A stretch of DNA of 64,000 nucleotides from positions 1 through 64,000 of the forward strand of contig JAUCBJ010001846.1 in the NCBI GenBank assembly GCA_032718475.1, given 5' to 3'. The position numbers were made by a program, and so were the translations under genes. How positions within the stretch are numbered: position 1 is the first letter of the stretch; every line of letters begins with the position of its first letter. Of this stretch, positions 18,576 through 29,263 are shown one piece after another. The DNA comes from Nemertoderma westbladi. Lineage: Eukaryota; Animalia; Xenacoelomorpha. The notes beneath the pieces were generated by a model. It had not been told where the DNA came from. It saw only the letters and a list, made by a program, of their open reading frames with translations, and made no database searches.

Positions 18576-19166
18576 ATGTTTGAATTATTTTTTTATCTGT
18601 TTTCAGCCAACCTCCTTTTAAGTGCAGCTGCTTTGGTATGGATCAAAAATCCCGTCAAAGCCGTTGTGCTGCTCATTTATTGTTTTTTTTCAGCCGCTTG
18701 CTTGTGGGTGCTACTAAACGCTGACTATCTAGCCCTTATACTCGTGCTTGTTTATGTGGGGGCTGTGATGGTGTTATTTATTTTTATTATGATGATGCTA
18801 AACACCCAAGATAACATGATTAAATCAAAACTATCCCAGCACACCCTTTTTATTGGGGGTTTGATAGCAGTGCTGGCTGTCCAAATAGGGGGCTTATTAT
18901 TCCAATTACCACACAATCAAGCCCTTAAAACGCATGAATTTAAAACCTTAGGTGTTTTGATGTATGAGCAATACATGATTGAGGTGCAAATCGCCGCCTT
19001 ACTGCTTCTATCAGCCATGATAGCAGCCATTGTATTAAGCATTCAACCGAGTAGGCGCTCGCTTAAACAAAATAGTAGCAACCAAATTCAAGCCAACCCA
19101 AAAGATCGGCTTCGCTTGGTTAAAATGAAAGCACAGCTTGATCAAAAACAGGATAAAGCACCATGA
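18576..19166 (+). CDS. nuoJ: NADH-quinone oxidoreductase subunit J
   Basis: VYVGAVMVLFIF; operon position. Confidence 0.96.
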   Translation: MFELFFYLFSANLLLSAAALVWIKNPVKAVVLLIYCFFSAACLWVLLNADYLALILVLVYVGAVMVLFIFIMMMLNTQDNMIKSKLSQHTLFIGGLIAVLAVQIGGLLFQLPHNQALKTHEFKTLGVLMYEQYMIEVQIAALLLLSAMIAAIVLSIQPSRRSLKQNSSNQIQANPKDRLRLVKMKAQLDQKQDKAP

Positions 19167-19462
19167 TTATCGAAAGCATTGGTGTGGCCTCTTTGCTGTT
19201 TATCATCGGTTTGATGGGGGTAATCTTTAATCAGCGAAACGCTATTTTAATTTTGGTGCATATTGAACTCATGCTACTGGCAGTTAGCACCAACTTTGTG
19301 GCCTTTAATCAACTTCACAGCCAGCCTTTGGGGCATTTATTTGTATTTTTTATCCTGATTTGTGCGGCGGCTGAAACCGCCATTGGGTTGGCTATTTTTA
19401 TACTCATGTATCGAAAAACGCGTTCGGTCGACACCCAACAATTTAATCAAATTAAGGGGTAG
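19163..19462 (+). CDS. nuoK: NADH-quinone oxidoreductase subunit K
   Basis: IELMLLAV; AAAETAIGLAI. Confidence 0.96.
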   Translation: MIIESIGVASLLFIIGLMGVIFNQRNAILILVHIELMLLAVSTNFVAFNQLHSQPLGHLFVFFILICAAAETAIGLAIFILMYRKTRSVDTQQFNQIKG

Positions 19463-19464
19463 GT

Positions 19465-21396
19465 GTGACACTGCATAACATTTACCTACTCATTTTGCTT
19501 GCCCCCCTTTTGGGTGTAGTCAGTGGTGGTTTTTTGGGCAAATACCTACCTAACAGTTGGGTGCATCGGGCGGCTATTATGGGCGTTGGGATATCTTTTT
19601 TGTTATCAGTTTACGCACTATGGCAGCACATTTTACTTAGTCTACCCCCTCAACAGGTACACTTGTATCAATGGTTGATGTTGATGGATAGATTGACACT
19701 CAACATTGGTTTTTTGGTGGATTATTTAACCCTTATTATGGTGATCATAGTCACCAGCATTTCGCTGTTGGTTCATATTTACACCATCGGTTATATGAAA
19801 GGAGATCAAGGCTATAAACGCTTTTTTGCCTACATTTCACTATTTACCTTTGCCATGTTGGTGCTGGTGATGTCGAACAACTTTTTACAACTATTCTTTG
19901 GCTGGGAAGCAGTGGGGTTAGTCTCTTATTTATTAATTGGATTTTGGTTTAAAAAACCAAGTGCGTTATATGCCAACCTAAAGGCCTTTTTGATTAACCG
20001 TGTGGGTGATTTAGGCATGCTTTTGGGTATTGTGCTAATTTTTTATCACTTTGGCAGCTTGGATTACCACGTTGTGTTTGCCCAAATTACGCCTGATTTT
20101 CTAAGCAATCATTTATTTGAATTGATTGCCTTGTTATTGTTCATTGGCGCGATGGGAAAATCGGCTCAAATCCCTCTACACAGCTGGCTGCCTGATTCGA
20201 TGGAAGGTCCAACGCCTATTTCTGCCTTGATTCACGCCGCAACCATGGTGACGGCTGGTATTTTTATGGTGAGTCGTCTATCCCCCTTATTTGAGCAAGC
20301 CCCTAACGTGCTGGTGTTTATTTTGATCATTGGGTCACTTACCGCGTTTTTGATGGGGCTGGTAGGTTTGGTACAAAATGATATTAAGCGGGTGATTGCT
20401 TATTCCACCTTATCGCAACTGGGTTATATGGTCGCAGCGTTGGGGGTTTCAGCGTATTCGGCCGCTATTTTCCATCTCATTACTCATGCGTTTTTCAAAG
20501 CCTTGTTATTTTTAGGTGCAGGGGGGGTGATTGTGGCCATGCATCATGCGCAAGATATACGACAGTTCGGCGGCTTGGGTAAAAAATTACCTCTGATTAC
20601 CGTTTGCATGTTACTTGCTTCAATATCCCTTGCAGGCGTTCCCGGTTTTTCAGGTTTTTTCTCAAAAGACCTTATTTTGTACGCCGTTAAAAATAGCAAT
20701 CTAGCGCTTGCAAATGTTGCTTATTACCTACTACTTATCAGTGTGCTGGTGACGACTTTATACAGTGCGCGTTTAATCTTTTTAACCTTTTTTGGCAAGC
20801 CAAAAAATACTAAAGCACTGAGTCATTTTCACCCACCTAGTTGGCATATTCAGCTACCCCTTGTTTTGCTGCTGGTTCCATCCGTATTGATTGGGTTTCT
20901 ATTATTTGAGCCCTTGATTTTAAATGATCAATATTTAAGTCAAGCTATTTTCACACGAGTTGACCATCAATTTTTAAGCGCTCTTAAAGCTGACTACCCC
21001 GATGCTGCCTCATTTATCATGCATGGGCTTTTTAGCGCCCCAATGATTCTAATTTTGATCGGCATTCTCATTGCCTTGGTATTGTATGGGTTTAAAAAAC
21101 ACTGGCCGGCTCGTTTGGTGGCTTATTTTCCGTGGTTTAATCAAATGCTGCGCTCAGGTTACGGCTTTGATCGGCTCAACACCTTGGTATTTATTAAAGG
21201 TACCCAAACACTAAGTAAACTAACCCATTGGTTTGATCAAAATGTTATTGATAGGGGGCTTGTGATGAGCTGGGCTGTGATGAGCAAACGCCTCGGTGGG
21301 GTGCTTTCAAAAATTCAGTCGGGTTATATGAGCGATTATATCCTCATTGTACTGGCGGCTTGTTTTTTATTGATGATAGGTGTTTTATTGCAATGA
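19465..21396 (+). CDS. nuoL: NADH-quinone oxidoreductase subunit L
   Basis: GKSAQIPLHSWLPDSMEGPTPISALIHAATMV. Confidence 0.98.
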   Translation: MTLHNIYLLILLAPLLGVVSGGFLGKYLPNSWVHRAAIMGVGISFLLSVYALWQHILLSLPPQQVHLYQWLMLMDRLTLNIGFLVDYLTLIMVIIVTSISLLVHIYTIGYMKGDQGYKRFFAYISLFTFAMLVLVMSNNFLQLFFGWEAVGLVSYLLIGFWFKKPSALYANLKAFLINRVGDLGMLLGIVLIFYHFGSLDYHVVFAQITPDFLSNHLFELIALLLFIGAMGKSAQIPLHSWLPDSMEGPTPISALIHAATMVTAGIFMVSRLSPLFEQAPNVLVFILIIGSLTAFLMGLVGLVQNDIKRVIAYSTLSQLGYMVAALGVSAYSAAIFHLITHAFFKALLFLGAGGVIVAMHHAQDIRQFGGLGKKLPLITVCMLLASISLAGVPGFSGFFSKDLILYAVKNSNLALANVAYYLLLISVLVTTLYSARLIFLTFFGKPKNTKALSHFHPPSWHIQLPLVLLLVPSVLIGFLLFEPLILNDQYLSQAIFTRVDHQFLSALKADYPDAASFIMHGLFSAPMILILIGILIALVLYGFKKHWPARLVAYFPWFNQMLRSGYGFDRLNTLVFIKGTQTLSKLTHWFDQNVIDRGLVMSWAVMSKRLGGVLSKIQSGYMSDYILIVLAACFLLMIGVLLQ

Positions 21397-22871
21397 TTGA
21401 GTTTTTCACCAATATCAACAGCTTAATTTGGTGGCCAATACTAAGTGGGCTTGCTTTATTGTTGTTTCAGCACATACCCCTTCGCACTCAAACTTTTAGC
21501 TATATTTTTGCATTGCTCATAGCTTTGGTAGGGCTTGGGGCATCGGTTGGATTATTTTGGGTTTTTGATTCCAACACGCTTGGTTTTCAACACACTGTAA
21601 AGCCCATTGATTATGGGTTTTTTAGCTACCACTTAGGTTTGGATGGAATATCATTGGCTTTAATACTGCTTAACATGTTGATATCAGCCTTGGTTATACT
21701 CAATGCCCACAACACAAAAACCCAACGTACACTGTATTTAAGTCTTGTGTTGATACTCTCAGGGCTGGTCAATGGCGTGTTTTTAGCCATTGATATGATG
21801 CTGTTCTACATTTTTTGGGAACTCACCTTAATCCCGATGTTACTGATCATTGGCATTTGGGGCGGCAAGGCACGAGTGTTTGCCAGCATGAAATTTTTTA
21901 TCTACACCTTTTTTGGTTCCATATTGATGTTAATCGCTATGCTCTATATTTGGATCAGAACCCACACCCTTTCTATTCCCCTACTTTATGAGATAGCCCC
22001 TAGTGAACTGGGTATACAACTAATGTTGTTCATCGCATTTTTTGTGGCATTTGCCGTTAAAATACCCATGTGGCCAGTGCATACGTGGTTGCCCAATGCC
22101 CATGTAGAAGCGCCCACTGGTGGTTCAATGATTTTAGCGGCCATTATGCTAAAACTTGGTGGTTATGGTTTGGTTCGTTTTAACCTACCTCTATTTCCTC
22201 AAGCAAGTGAAGTGCTTGCCCCCATTGTTGTGAGTTTATCGCTGATTGCCATTATTTATATTGGCATTGTGGCCTTGATGCAAAAGGATATGAAAAAAAT
22301 GATTGCGTATTCTTCTATTTCACACATGGGGTTTACCACCTTGGGATTTTTTGTATTTTTCTTATCAGACTCATTCCAATCCCAAGTGTTGGGACTCTCA
22401 GGCGGGGTGATTCAAATGATTTCACATGGCTTAATTTCGGCTGGTCTGTTTTTTTGTGTGGGCATGCTTTATCAACGAATGCAGACTAAAAATATTGAAG
22501 ACTACCAAGGGGTTGCAAGTATTATGCCCGTATTTAGCGCCCTGACTTTATTGTTTGCCATGGCCAACAGTGGGTTGCCGGGAACGTCTGGTTTTGTAGG
22601 GGAATTGATGGTGATTGCCGCCAGTATGCAGGCTAATTTTTGGATTGCCTTTTTAGCCGGGCTCACCTTAGTGATTGGGGCAGCCTATAATTTATGGTTG
22701 TTTAAGCGAGTATTTTACGGCGAGGTTAAAGACTCAGCCGTCAAAAAATTAGCCCCTATCACATTAACTGAGCGCTTTACTTTGCTACTATTAGGGGTAC
22801 TCGTTATACTCATTGGCCTTTGGCCTAATGCCTTACAAAACATGATTGAAAATGCATTGCCTATTATGTAA
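21393..22871 (+). CDS. nuoM: NADH-quinone oxidoreductase subunit M
   Basis: KIPMWPVHTWLPNAHVEAPTGGS; start set at ATG 21393. Confidence 0.97.
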   Translation: MIEFFTNINSLIWWPILSGLALLLFQHIPLRTQTFSYIFALLIALVGLGASVGLFWVFDSNTLGFQHTVKPIDYGFFSYHLGLDGISLALILLNMLISALVILNAHNTKTQRTLYLSLVLILSGLVNGVFLAIDMMLFYIFWELTLIPMLLIIGIWGGKARVFASMKFFIYTFFGSILMLIAMLYIWIRTHTLSIPLLYEIAPSELGIQLMLFIAFFVAFAVKIPMWPVHTWLPNAHVEAPTGGSMILAAIMLKLGGYGLVRFNLPLFPQASEVLAPIVVSLSLIAIIYIGIVALMQKDMKKMIAYSSISHMGFTTLGFFVFFLSDSFQSQVLGLSGGVIQMISHGLISAGLFFCVGMLYQRMQTKNIEDYQGVASIMPVFSALTLLFAMANSGLPGTSGFVGELMVIAASMQANFWIAFLAGLTLVIGAAYNLWLFKRVFYGEVKDSAVKKLAPITLTERFTLLLLGVLVILIGLWPNALQNMIENALPIM

Positions 22872-22906
22872 TTGCACAATGAACACACAACCCATTTCTT
22901 TTAAAT

Positions 22907-24505
22907 ATGTCTGAATTCATTGAATTATTAAAAGCGCCTTTTCAATTGATGATGGCAGCACCGCTTTTCTCACAGCCTTCATCATGGCCATACCTTTTAC
23001 TTGTGCCTGAGATGATTCTGGCAGGGGGTTTATGTTTGATGATTGTGATCAATGCTTTTAGCGCTGAGTCAAAAGTGATCACAGTACAAGTATTTTTTAT
23101 AGTGCTTGCTATCACACTGATTAGTATGATTGGTGTGTATTTTAATGAGCATTTAATGGCTAAACAATACCTGGTTGAAAAAACTGCACACTTTCAAATA
23201 AACGAGATCAATATCGTTTTAAAAACCATGATGCTTGTATTTGCTAGTTTAATTGGCTTGTACAACTTACCTTTTCTAAAAAAGAGCGACCAATTCCAAG
23301 CGGAATATTTTTATTTCTTAATTATTATTTTATTGGGTTCGTTTATTATGGTCTCAGCGAGCAATTTGATGACGCTTTATCTAGGTATTGAACTAGGGGC
23401 TTTATCCACCTATTCAATCATTGCGATGAATAAAACCAACCCAACCTCAACTGAGGCAGCACTAAAATACTTTATTTTGGGGGCTATTATATCAGCTGTG
23501 ATGTTATTTGGCATAAGTTTTATTTACGGGCTATCGGGTGCGCTTAACTATACTGATATCGCTCAGGCCTTATCTGCACTAAACGTCAGCTCGCCTAGTT
23601 ATTTTTTAGCAGTAGGGGGCATTGTTTTATTGTTGGTGGGTATCTTGTTTAAACTTGGTGCAGCCCCACTCCATGTATGGATGCCAGATGTTTATAGCGG
23701 TTCGTCACTTGCTGTTGTTCAAATCATTAGCAGTGTTAGTAAACTAGCCGCCTTTGGCATTATTGTGGGCTTAGCACCGATTATGACCACTCATGCAAAC
23801 GCAACACCCGTTGTATTTATTCTCTACGGGGTGGCAATTACCACTTTAATATGGGGAAATTTAGCAGCACTTGTGCAAACGAATATCAAAAAAATAATGG
23901 CCTACTCTGCCATTGGTCACACCGGTTTTGTATTGTTAGCCATTGGCTCTCAATATGATATTGGCGCTTTTTTCCAACTACTATTTAACACACTGCTTTA
24001 CGGACAAGAACCCCTTTTAGTTCATATGCATCCTAGCTATCAAACCTCTAGATTATTCGATGCTTTTCTAAGTGCGCTTTTTTATATCAGTGTTTATGCA
24101 TTAAGTGCGCTGGCATTTTTAGGGGCTTTGCTTAGCTTATCTCACTCAAAACATACATGGAAAATAACAGACCTAAACGGCTTAGGCCCCAAGCACCCTT
24201 GGCTTGGTATTGCCCTAACCATTATGCTATTTTCAATGATGGGTATGCCCCCTACATTGGGTTTTTACACAAAACTGACCGTCTTTTTAACATTGGTTCA
24301 AAAATCGCAATTTATACCCCTATCTTTTGCGTTGCTAGCATCGGTGATTAGTGTCTTTTATTATTTAAAAATACTCAAATCAATATGGTTTGAGCCTGCT
24401 GGTGAACATGTTAAAATCCAAGGGCTGCCTGCTTTTATTTCTGTTTTAATTAGTTTATTTTTACTGTTTGGGTTTTTAGCAATCAACAACCTATTGGCTT
24501 TTTAA
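22907..24505 (+). CDS. nuoN: NADH-quinone oxidoreductase subunit N
   Basis: STEAALKYF; FKLGAAPLHVWMPDVY; GMPPTLGF. Confidence 0.96.
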   Translation: MSEFIELLKAPFQLMMAAPLFSQPSSWPYLLLVPEMILAGGLCLMIVINAFSAESKVITVQVFFIVLAITLISMIGVYFNEHLMAKQYLVEKTAHFQINEINIVLKTMMLVFASLIGLYNLPFLKKSDQFQAEYFYFLIIILLGSFIMVSASNLMTLYLGIELGALSTYSIIAMNKTNPTSTEAALKYFILGAIISAVMLFGISFIYGLSGALNYTDIAQALSALNVSSPSYFLAVGGIVLLLVGILFKLGAAPLHVWMPDVYSGSSLAVVQIISSVSKLAAFGIIVGLAPIMTTHANATPVVFILYGVAITTLIWGNLAALVQTNIKKIMAYSAIGHTGFVLLAIGSQYDIGAFFQLLFNTLLYGQEPLLVHMHPSYQTSRLFDAFLSALFYISVYALSALAFLGALLSLSHSKHTWKITDLNGLGPKHPWLGIALTIMLFSMMGMPPTLGFYTKLTVFLTLVQKSQFIPLSFALLASVISVFYYLKILKSIWFEPAGEHVKIQGLPAFISVLISLFLLFGFLAINNLLAF

Positions 24506-24513
24506 GAAAAACA

Positions 24514-24840
24514 ATGAAAAACTTAACCTACTTTCTGCTTTCATACCTTGATATTACAAAAGAAGACGGGGTTAACTTTTTGCTCAAATTCAGTTTTGTA
24601 CTTAAATTGCTAGGCGGGTTTATTATTGTAATGGTTTTATTACCTAATACATTTGCACCCATAACTGTTTTGTGGTTTGGGTTGGGTTTGGTCGCACTTG
24701 GCCTAATACCTAGCGCTATGACCAGATGGGCTAAAAATATACGCGGTATTGATCTAATTGTAGAAGAGATTGGCATCCCATTTGCCTTTGTCTATGCGCT
24801 GTATCTACTGCTTAGTCTAGCGTTAATTGTGTTTGGTTAA
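24514..24840 (+). CDS. Small membrane protein of unknown function
   Basis: 108 aa with about 3 hydrophobic segments, tightly packed between nuoN and hisG. Confidence 0.65.
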   Translation: MKNLTYFLLSYLDITKEDGVNFLLKFSFVLKLLGGFIIVMVLLPNTFAPITVLWFGLGLVALGLIPSAMTRWAKNIRGIDLIVEEIGIPFAFVYALYLLLSLALIVFG

Positions 24841-24851
24841 TTGGCGAGTGA

Positions 24852-25487
24852 ATGAAAATTGCCATTTCAAAGGGACGCATATTCAATCAAGCAATCGAAC
24901 AATTTTCAACGATTAATATCAAGCCAAACCAAGACGATTTAGGGAGCCGAAAACTTATTGTACGCACCACAACACCTGAACTTCATTTTGTAATTGTTCG
25001 ATCAAGTGATGTACCCACCTATGTCAGCCGTGGTGCAGTGGCATTAGGTATTGTGGGCAAAGATACGTTGATGGAAAACGAAAGCATTTTTCCTAATCTT
25101 TATGAGCTGTTGGATTTAAAAATAGCCCAATGTAAGTTGGTATTAGCTGGTAAAAATACAGATACTTTGCAAAGTATTGATAAACAAAAAACCTACTCGG
25201 TCGCCACAAAATATGAAAACATCACACGGGATTTTTTTAGCACCCACCAAGCCAATGCTAAAATTATTAAGCTGTACGGCTCAATGGAGTTAGCTCCTTT
25301 ATTAAACCTTACTGACTACATTGTTGATATTGTAAGTTCTGGTCAAACCTTAAAAAGCAATGACCTTAAACCCATTTTACCCATTGCAAATTTAAGTGCT
25401 CGGCTAATTAGTAGCCGCTTGAGCATGCACTTTCACCATGCATCTATTCAACAACTGATCGCACAACTCCAAACATGCATCAGCTAA
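24852..25487 (+). CDS. hisG: ATP phosphoribosyltransferase, short form
   Basis: KIAISKGRI; LYGSMELAP; IVDIVSSGQTLKSN; 211 aa (needs HisZ encoded elsewhere). Confidence 0.96.
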   Translation: MKIAISKGRIFNQAIEQFSTINIKPNQDDLGSRKLIVRTTTPELHFVIVRSSDVPTYVSRGAVALGIVGKDTLMENESIFPNLYELLDLKIAQCKLVLAGKNTDTLQSIDKQKTYSVATKYENITRDFFSTHQANAKIIKLYGSMELAPLLNLTDYIVDIVSSGQTLKSNDLKPILPIANLSARLISSRLSMHFHHASIQQLIAQLQTCIS

Positions 25488-26770
25488 ATACAAAAGACCC
25501 AAGTTTTAACATTCAATTGATAAAGCTCTTAAACCGAACGAAAATGGATGACCCAACCATTATGCAACAGGTTTGCTCGATCTTAAAAAATGTTCAACAA
25601 GGCGGTAATCGAGCCTTGCTGGAGCTGACAAAACAGTTTGACCACTGGGAGGCTCAATCTGATCAACAATTGTTCCTAGATACATCTGATTTCAAAAAGG
25701 CTTGGCAAAATTCAAACCAAACACTTAAAGATGCCTTACAAACCGCTTATAAAAGAATTCACCACTTTCATGAATTACAAGCAGGCTTTGGGCACTTCCA
25801 TTTTCGAGAGGACGCCGGCACCAAAATTGGCCAACAAGTGCTTCCCATTGAAAAAGTCGGGCTTTATGTGCCCGGTGGTCAGGCTGCCTACCCATCATCG
25901 GTTTTAATGAATGCTATCCCTGCCAAAATTGCAGGGGTGAAAAAAATGACCATGACCACCCCCACACCAAAAGGAGAAATCAACCAAAACATATTGGCAG
26001 CAGCACACTTATGCAAAATTGAACAAGGCATTAAAATTGGCGGGGCGCAGGCCATTGCGGCCCTTTGTTATGGGACAGAGACCATAGAATCAGTTGATAA
26101 AATTGTAGGCCCTGGCAACCAGTATGTTGCCGTAGCTAAAAAGCAAGTGTTTGGACAGGTGGGCATTGATATGATCGCAGGGCCTTCTGAAATTTTGATC
26201 ATGGCTGATGAAACAACCCCAGTTGATTGGCTTGTGATGGATTTATTTTCCCAAGCGGAACATGACCAAAATGCACAAGCCATTTTAATGACACAAAGTG
26301 AAAAATTATTAAAAGCTGTGAGCCAATCTATTCAAAAACAACTCCCTAAAATGCCTAGGCGCAGCATTATTGAAAGCGCACTTAACAATAAAGGGGCGTT
26401 GATTTTAGTCCATAGTCAAGTAGAAATTGTTCCGCTAATTAATCATATCGCACCTGAACATTTAGAGCTTGCGATTAAAAACCCACACAAGGTGGCTAAA
26501 AAAGTGCAAAACGCTGGCACTATCTTTATGGGTAAATATAGCTGTGAAGCTTTGGGCGACTATTGTGCAGGCCCCAATCATGTACTACCTACAGCAGGCA
26601 GTGCACGTTTTTCATCAGGCTTAAGTGTGTATGACTTTCAAAAAAGGATCAACACCATTGAATGTTCGCAGCAACTTGCATCTACATTAGGAAAAACAAC
26701 GCAAATACTAGCTGAAGATGAAAAACTTCACGCCCATGCTCAATCTGCCAAATTACGCATCATGTCCTAA
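25475..26770 (+). CDS. hisD: Histidinol dehydrogenase
   Basis: IDMIAGPSE; SQAEHD; GDYCAGPNHVLPT. Confidence 0.97.
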   Translation: MHQLNTKDPSFNIQLIKLLNRTKMDDPTIMQQVCSILKNVQQGGNRALLELTKQFDHWEAQSDQQLFLDTSDFKKAWQNSNQTLKDALQTAYKRIHHFHELQAGFGHFHFREDAGTKIGQQVLPIEKVGLYVPGGQAAYPSSVLMNAIPAKIAGVKKMTMTTPTPKGEINQNILAAAHLCKIEQGIKIGGAQAIAALCYGTETIESVDKIVGPGNQYVAVAKKQVFGQVGIDMIAGPSEILIMADETTPVDWLVMDLFSQAEHDQNAQAILMTQSEKLLKAVSQSIQKQLPKMPRRSIIESALNNKGALILVHSQVEIVPLINHIAPEHLELAIKNPHKVAKKVQNAGTIFMGKYSCEALGDYCAGPNHVLPTAGSARFSSGLSVYDFQKRINTIECSQQLASTLGKTTQILAEDEKLHAHAQSAKLRIMS

Positions 26771-27855
26771 TGGATTTTCAAAAAATTATTAAACCCACTA
26801 TCTGGGAGAACCGACCTTACAAAATAGCTGACCGAACCGGTTTGATCAAACTTGATTCCATGGAAATGCCCTTTGATTGGGATCAACAATTTAAAAAAGA
26901 CATTTTCCAATTTGAAAACGTTGAACCAAATCGCTACCCTGATAGCCCCACTAAAGTTAGCCAACATATCCATCAATACCTTCATTTATCTGAAAATACA
27001 GGGGTGTTGTGTGGCAATGGATCGGATGAGATTATTCAATTATTAATGTTGATGATTCAGTCACAAAAAAGCATTTTAACGCTTAACCCTACCTTCTCCA
27101 TGTATCAAATCATTGCGCAATACGTTGGGCTTTCTATTATAGAAGTTGATTTGACCAACCAATTTGAAATTGACATGGCAAAGCTATTAGCTGATCTAAA
27201 AAAAGAATGCCCTGCCATTTTATTAATTGCCACGCCTAATAACCCAACCGGCCAAGCCTTTAAAGAAAGCGACCTTAAAAATTTGATTGAAAACGCCCCC
27301 AATACATTGGTAATACTTGATGAAGCCTACCAACCTTTTTGTTCACACATTAACCACCTGCCTTGGCTAGATCAATACCCCAACTTGGCTATTATTCGCA
27401 CCTTTTCAAAAATTGGTTTTGCAAGCCTGCGCTTTGGCTTTTTGTTGGCTCAACAAGGATTGATTGAGCAACTTGAAAAAATACGACTCCCTTATAACTT
27501 GAACAGTTATACCCAACAAGCCATCCTCAATCTTTTAAAACAGCCCGCCGTGATAGATCAGGCCATTCAAAAATTGTTTAATGCTAAAATGAAATTGCTT
27601 CGTAGTTTAAAAGCATTTGAGTTTATTCACACCTATCCCAGTGATGCCAACTTCTTTTTACTGCGTATTGAGCCCCCTTTTTCGGCCAACGCACTTTACA
27701 CCACCCTAAAAAATAACGGTATTTTAATTAAATTGCTCCATGGCACACATCCTTTACTTGAAAACACAATACGTATCACTGTTGGCACACCTACTGAAAA
27801 TAAACAACTTATTCAACAGCTTGCAAAATTTTTCTCATGCAAACCCACACATTAA
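26770..27855 (+). CDS. hisC: Histidinol-phosphate aminotransferase
   Basis: GNGSDE; PNNPTG; DEAY; RTFSK. Confidence 0.95.
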   Translation: MDFQKIIKPTIWENRPYKIADRTGLIKLDSMEMPFDWDQQFKKDIFQFENVEPNRYPDSPTKVSQHIHQYLHLSENTGVLCGNGSDEIIQLLMLMIQSQKSILTLNPTFSMYQIIAQYVGLSIIEVDLTNQFEIDMAKLLADLKKECPAILLIATPNNPTGQAFKESDLKNLIENAPNTLVILDEAYQPFCSHINHLPWLDQYPNLAIIRTFSKIGFASLRFGFLLAQQGLIEQLEKIRLPYNLNSYTQQAILNLLKQPAVIDQAIQKLFNAKMKLLRSLKAFEFIHTYPSDANFFLLRIEPPFSANALYTTLKNNGILIKLLHGTHPLLENTIRITVGTPTENKQLIQQLAKFFSCKPTH

Positions 27856-28586
27856 TTGAGCACATCAATCAACTATTAAAAATTGACCAATTCTTAGACT
27901 ACTGCCCCAATGGTTTACAAGTTGAAGGCAAAAAACACAGCAAAAAAATTGTTACAGCCGTCACCGCTTCTTTAAACATCATTGAAAAAGCCATTGACTA
28001 CCAAGCAGATACTTTGTTGGTTCATCATGGTTTTTTTTGGAAAAACGAGCCACGCATTATCACCAATCATCGAAAAAAACGATTAACAGCACTGCTTAAA
28101 AACGATATTAATCTAGCCGCCTATCACCTGCCGCTAGATATGCACCCTAGTATTGGCAACAATGTAATGCTTGCAAAAAAACTTGATATTGAGATCACCC
28201 ATACCCCATCATCTGAAAAACTGCCTTTATTGATAGGGCATTTCAAGCAACCCACTACACTCAAAGTTTTGGCTGATTTAATTGATAAACAACTAAGTAG
28301 AGCACCTATTTTAATTGAAGCAGGCACACACCCTATCAAAACCATTGGAATTTGCACAGGCAGTGGCCAAGGCTTTATTGAAGCAGCTAAAAATAAAGGA
28401 GTAGAGGCCTATTTAAGTGGGGAAATTTCTGAAACCACACCCCATTTTGCAAGGGAAAATAATATTCACTACATTGGCGCAGGGCATCATGCCACTGAAC
28501 GTTACGGCATACAAGCCTTGGGCCAGTATTTAGCCAAAAAATTCTCACTTGAAGTGACATTTATTGATGAACATAACCCTGCCTAA
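27837..28586 (+). CDS. Nif3-like dinuclear metal centre protein (YbgI family)
   Basis: DYCPNGLQVEG; VHHG; YHLPLD; GHHATE. Confidence 0.95.
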   Translation: MQTHTLIEHINQLLKIDQFLDYCPNGLQVEGKKHSKKIVTAVTASLNIIEKAIDYQADTLLVHHGFFWKNEPRIITNHRKKRLTALLKNDINLAAYHLPLDMHPSIGNNVMLAKKLDIEITHTPSSEKLPLLIGHFKQPTTLKVLADLIDKQLSRAPILIEAGTHPIKTIGICTGSGQGFIEAAKNKGVEAYLSGEISETTPHFARENNIHYIGAGHHATERYGIQALGQYLAKKFSLEVTFIDEHNPA

Positions 28587-28657
28587 CGCTAACAATTAAC
28601 CATTACAACTTAAAAAAATACATCCCCTGCATCAAATAATAAGCTTTACCCAATCAA

Positions 28658-29263
28658 CTAATTTCGATTGCTTAGACAACCACCTACCAAGCGATACATG
28701 ATAAAACGTCTATATACTTGATGAATAAAAACGGCTCGATAAAATACAAAGCCAGCGCGAATCAAATTCGATAAACTACGCGTATTAAATGGCGAAACCG
28801 TTGTAAATAAATAGAAAGCACCTTTATCAATTGCAAAATTAATCCTATATTCAAGCATTATTTTATGCCAACCTTGTTGCCTAACTGAGTAATCCAATAA
28901 TGTCCCAGATAACAACATACATTGATGCACACAAAATTGATCTTTAATGGCTTCGATAACAGCCTGCGAAGCTTTTAGAAGTAAAGGTTCTTTTTCAGTT
29001 AATTTAAAGGCAATGCTATACCCATATAAACTATTTTGTCTCCATAATAAAAGACAGATGGCACTTTCAGATATTAAACAACTTTGAAAAAATGCCTGAT
29101 TAAATGGCAAGAAATATCGATTTTTCTCTAAATTAAATCGACTATAAAACTGATAAATTTGAGGCGCTAAATAAGGCGATCGACACGACCGAACATAATA
29201 TTTTTTACTGACCACCAATAATCTTAGCTTGACGCAACAACAAAATATCTGGATACTTTTCAA
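28658..29263 (-). CDS. GNAT-fold protein (start uncertain)
   Basis: RQQGWH motif A; TVSPFNTRSLSNLIRAGF motif B. Confidence 0.75.
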   Translation of the reverse strand: MKSIQIFCCCVKLRLLVVSKKYYVRSCRSPYLAPQIYQFYSRFNLEKNRYFLPFNQAFFQSCLISESAICLLLWRQNSLYGYSIAFKLTEKEPLLLKASQAVIEAIKDQFCVHQCMLLSGTLLDYSVRQQGWHKIMLEYRINFAIDKGAFYLFTTVSPFNTRSLSNLIRAGFVFYRAVFIHQVYRRFIMYRLVGGCLSNRN

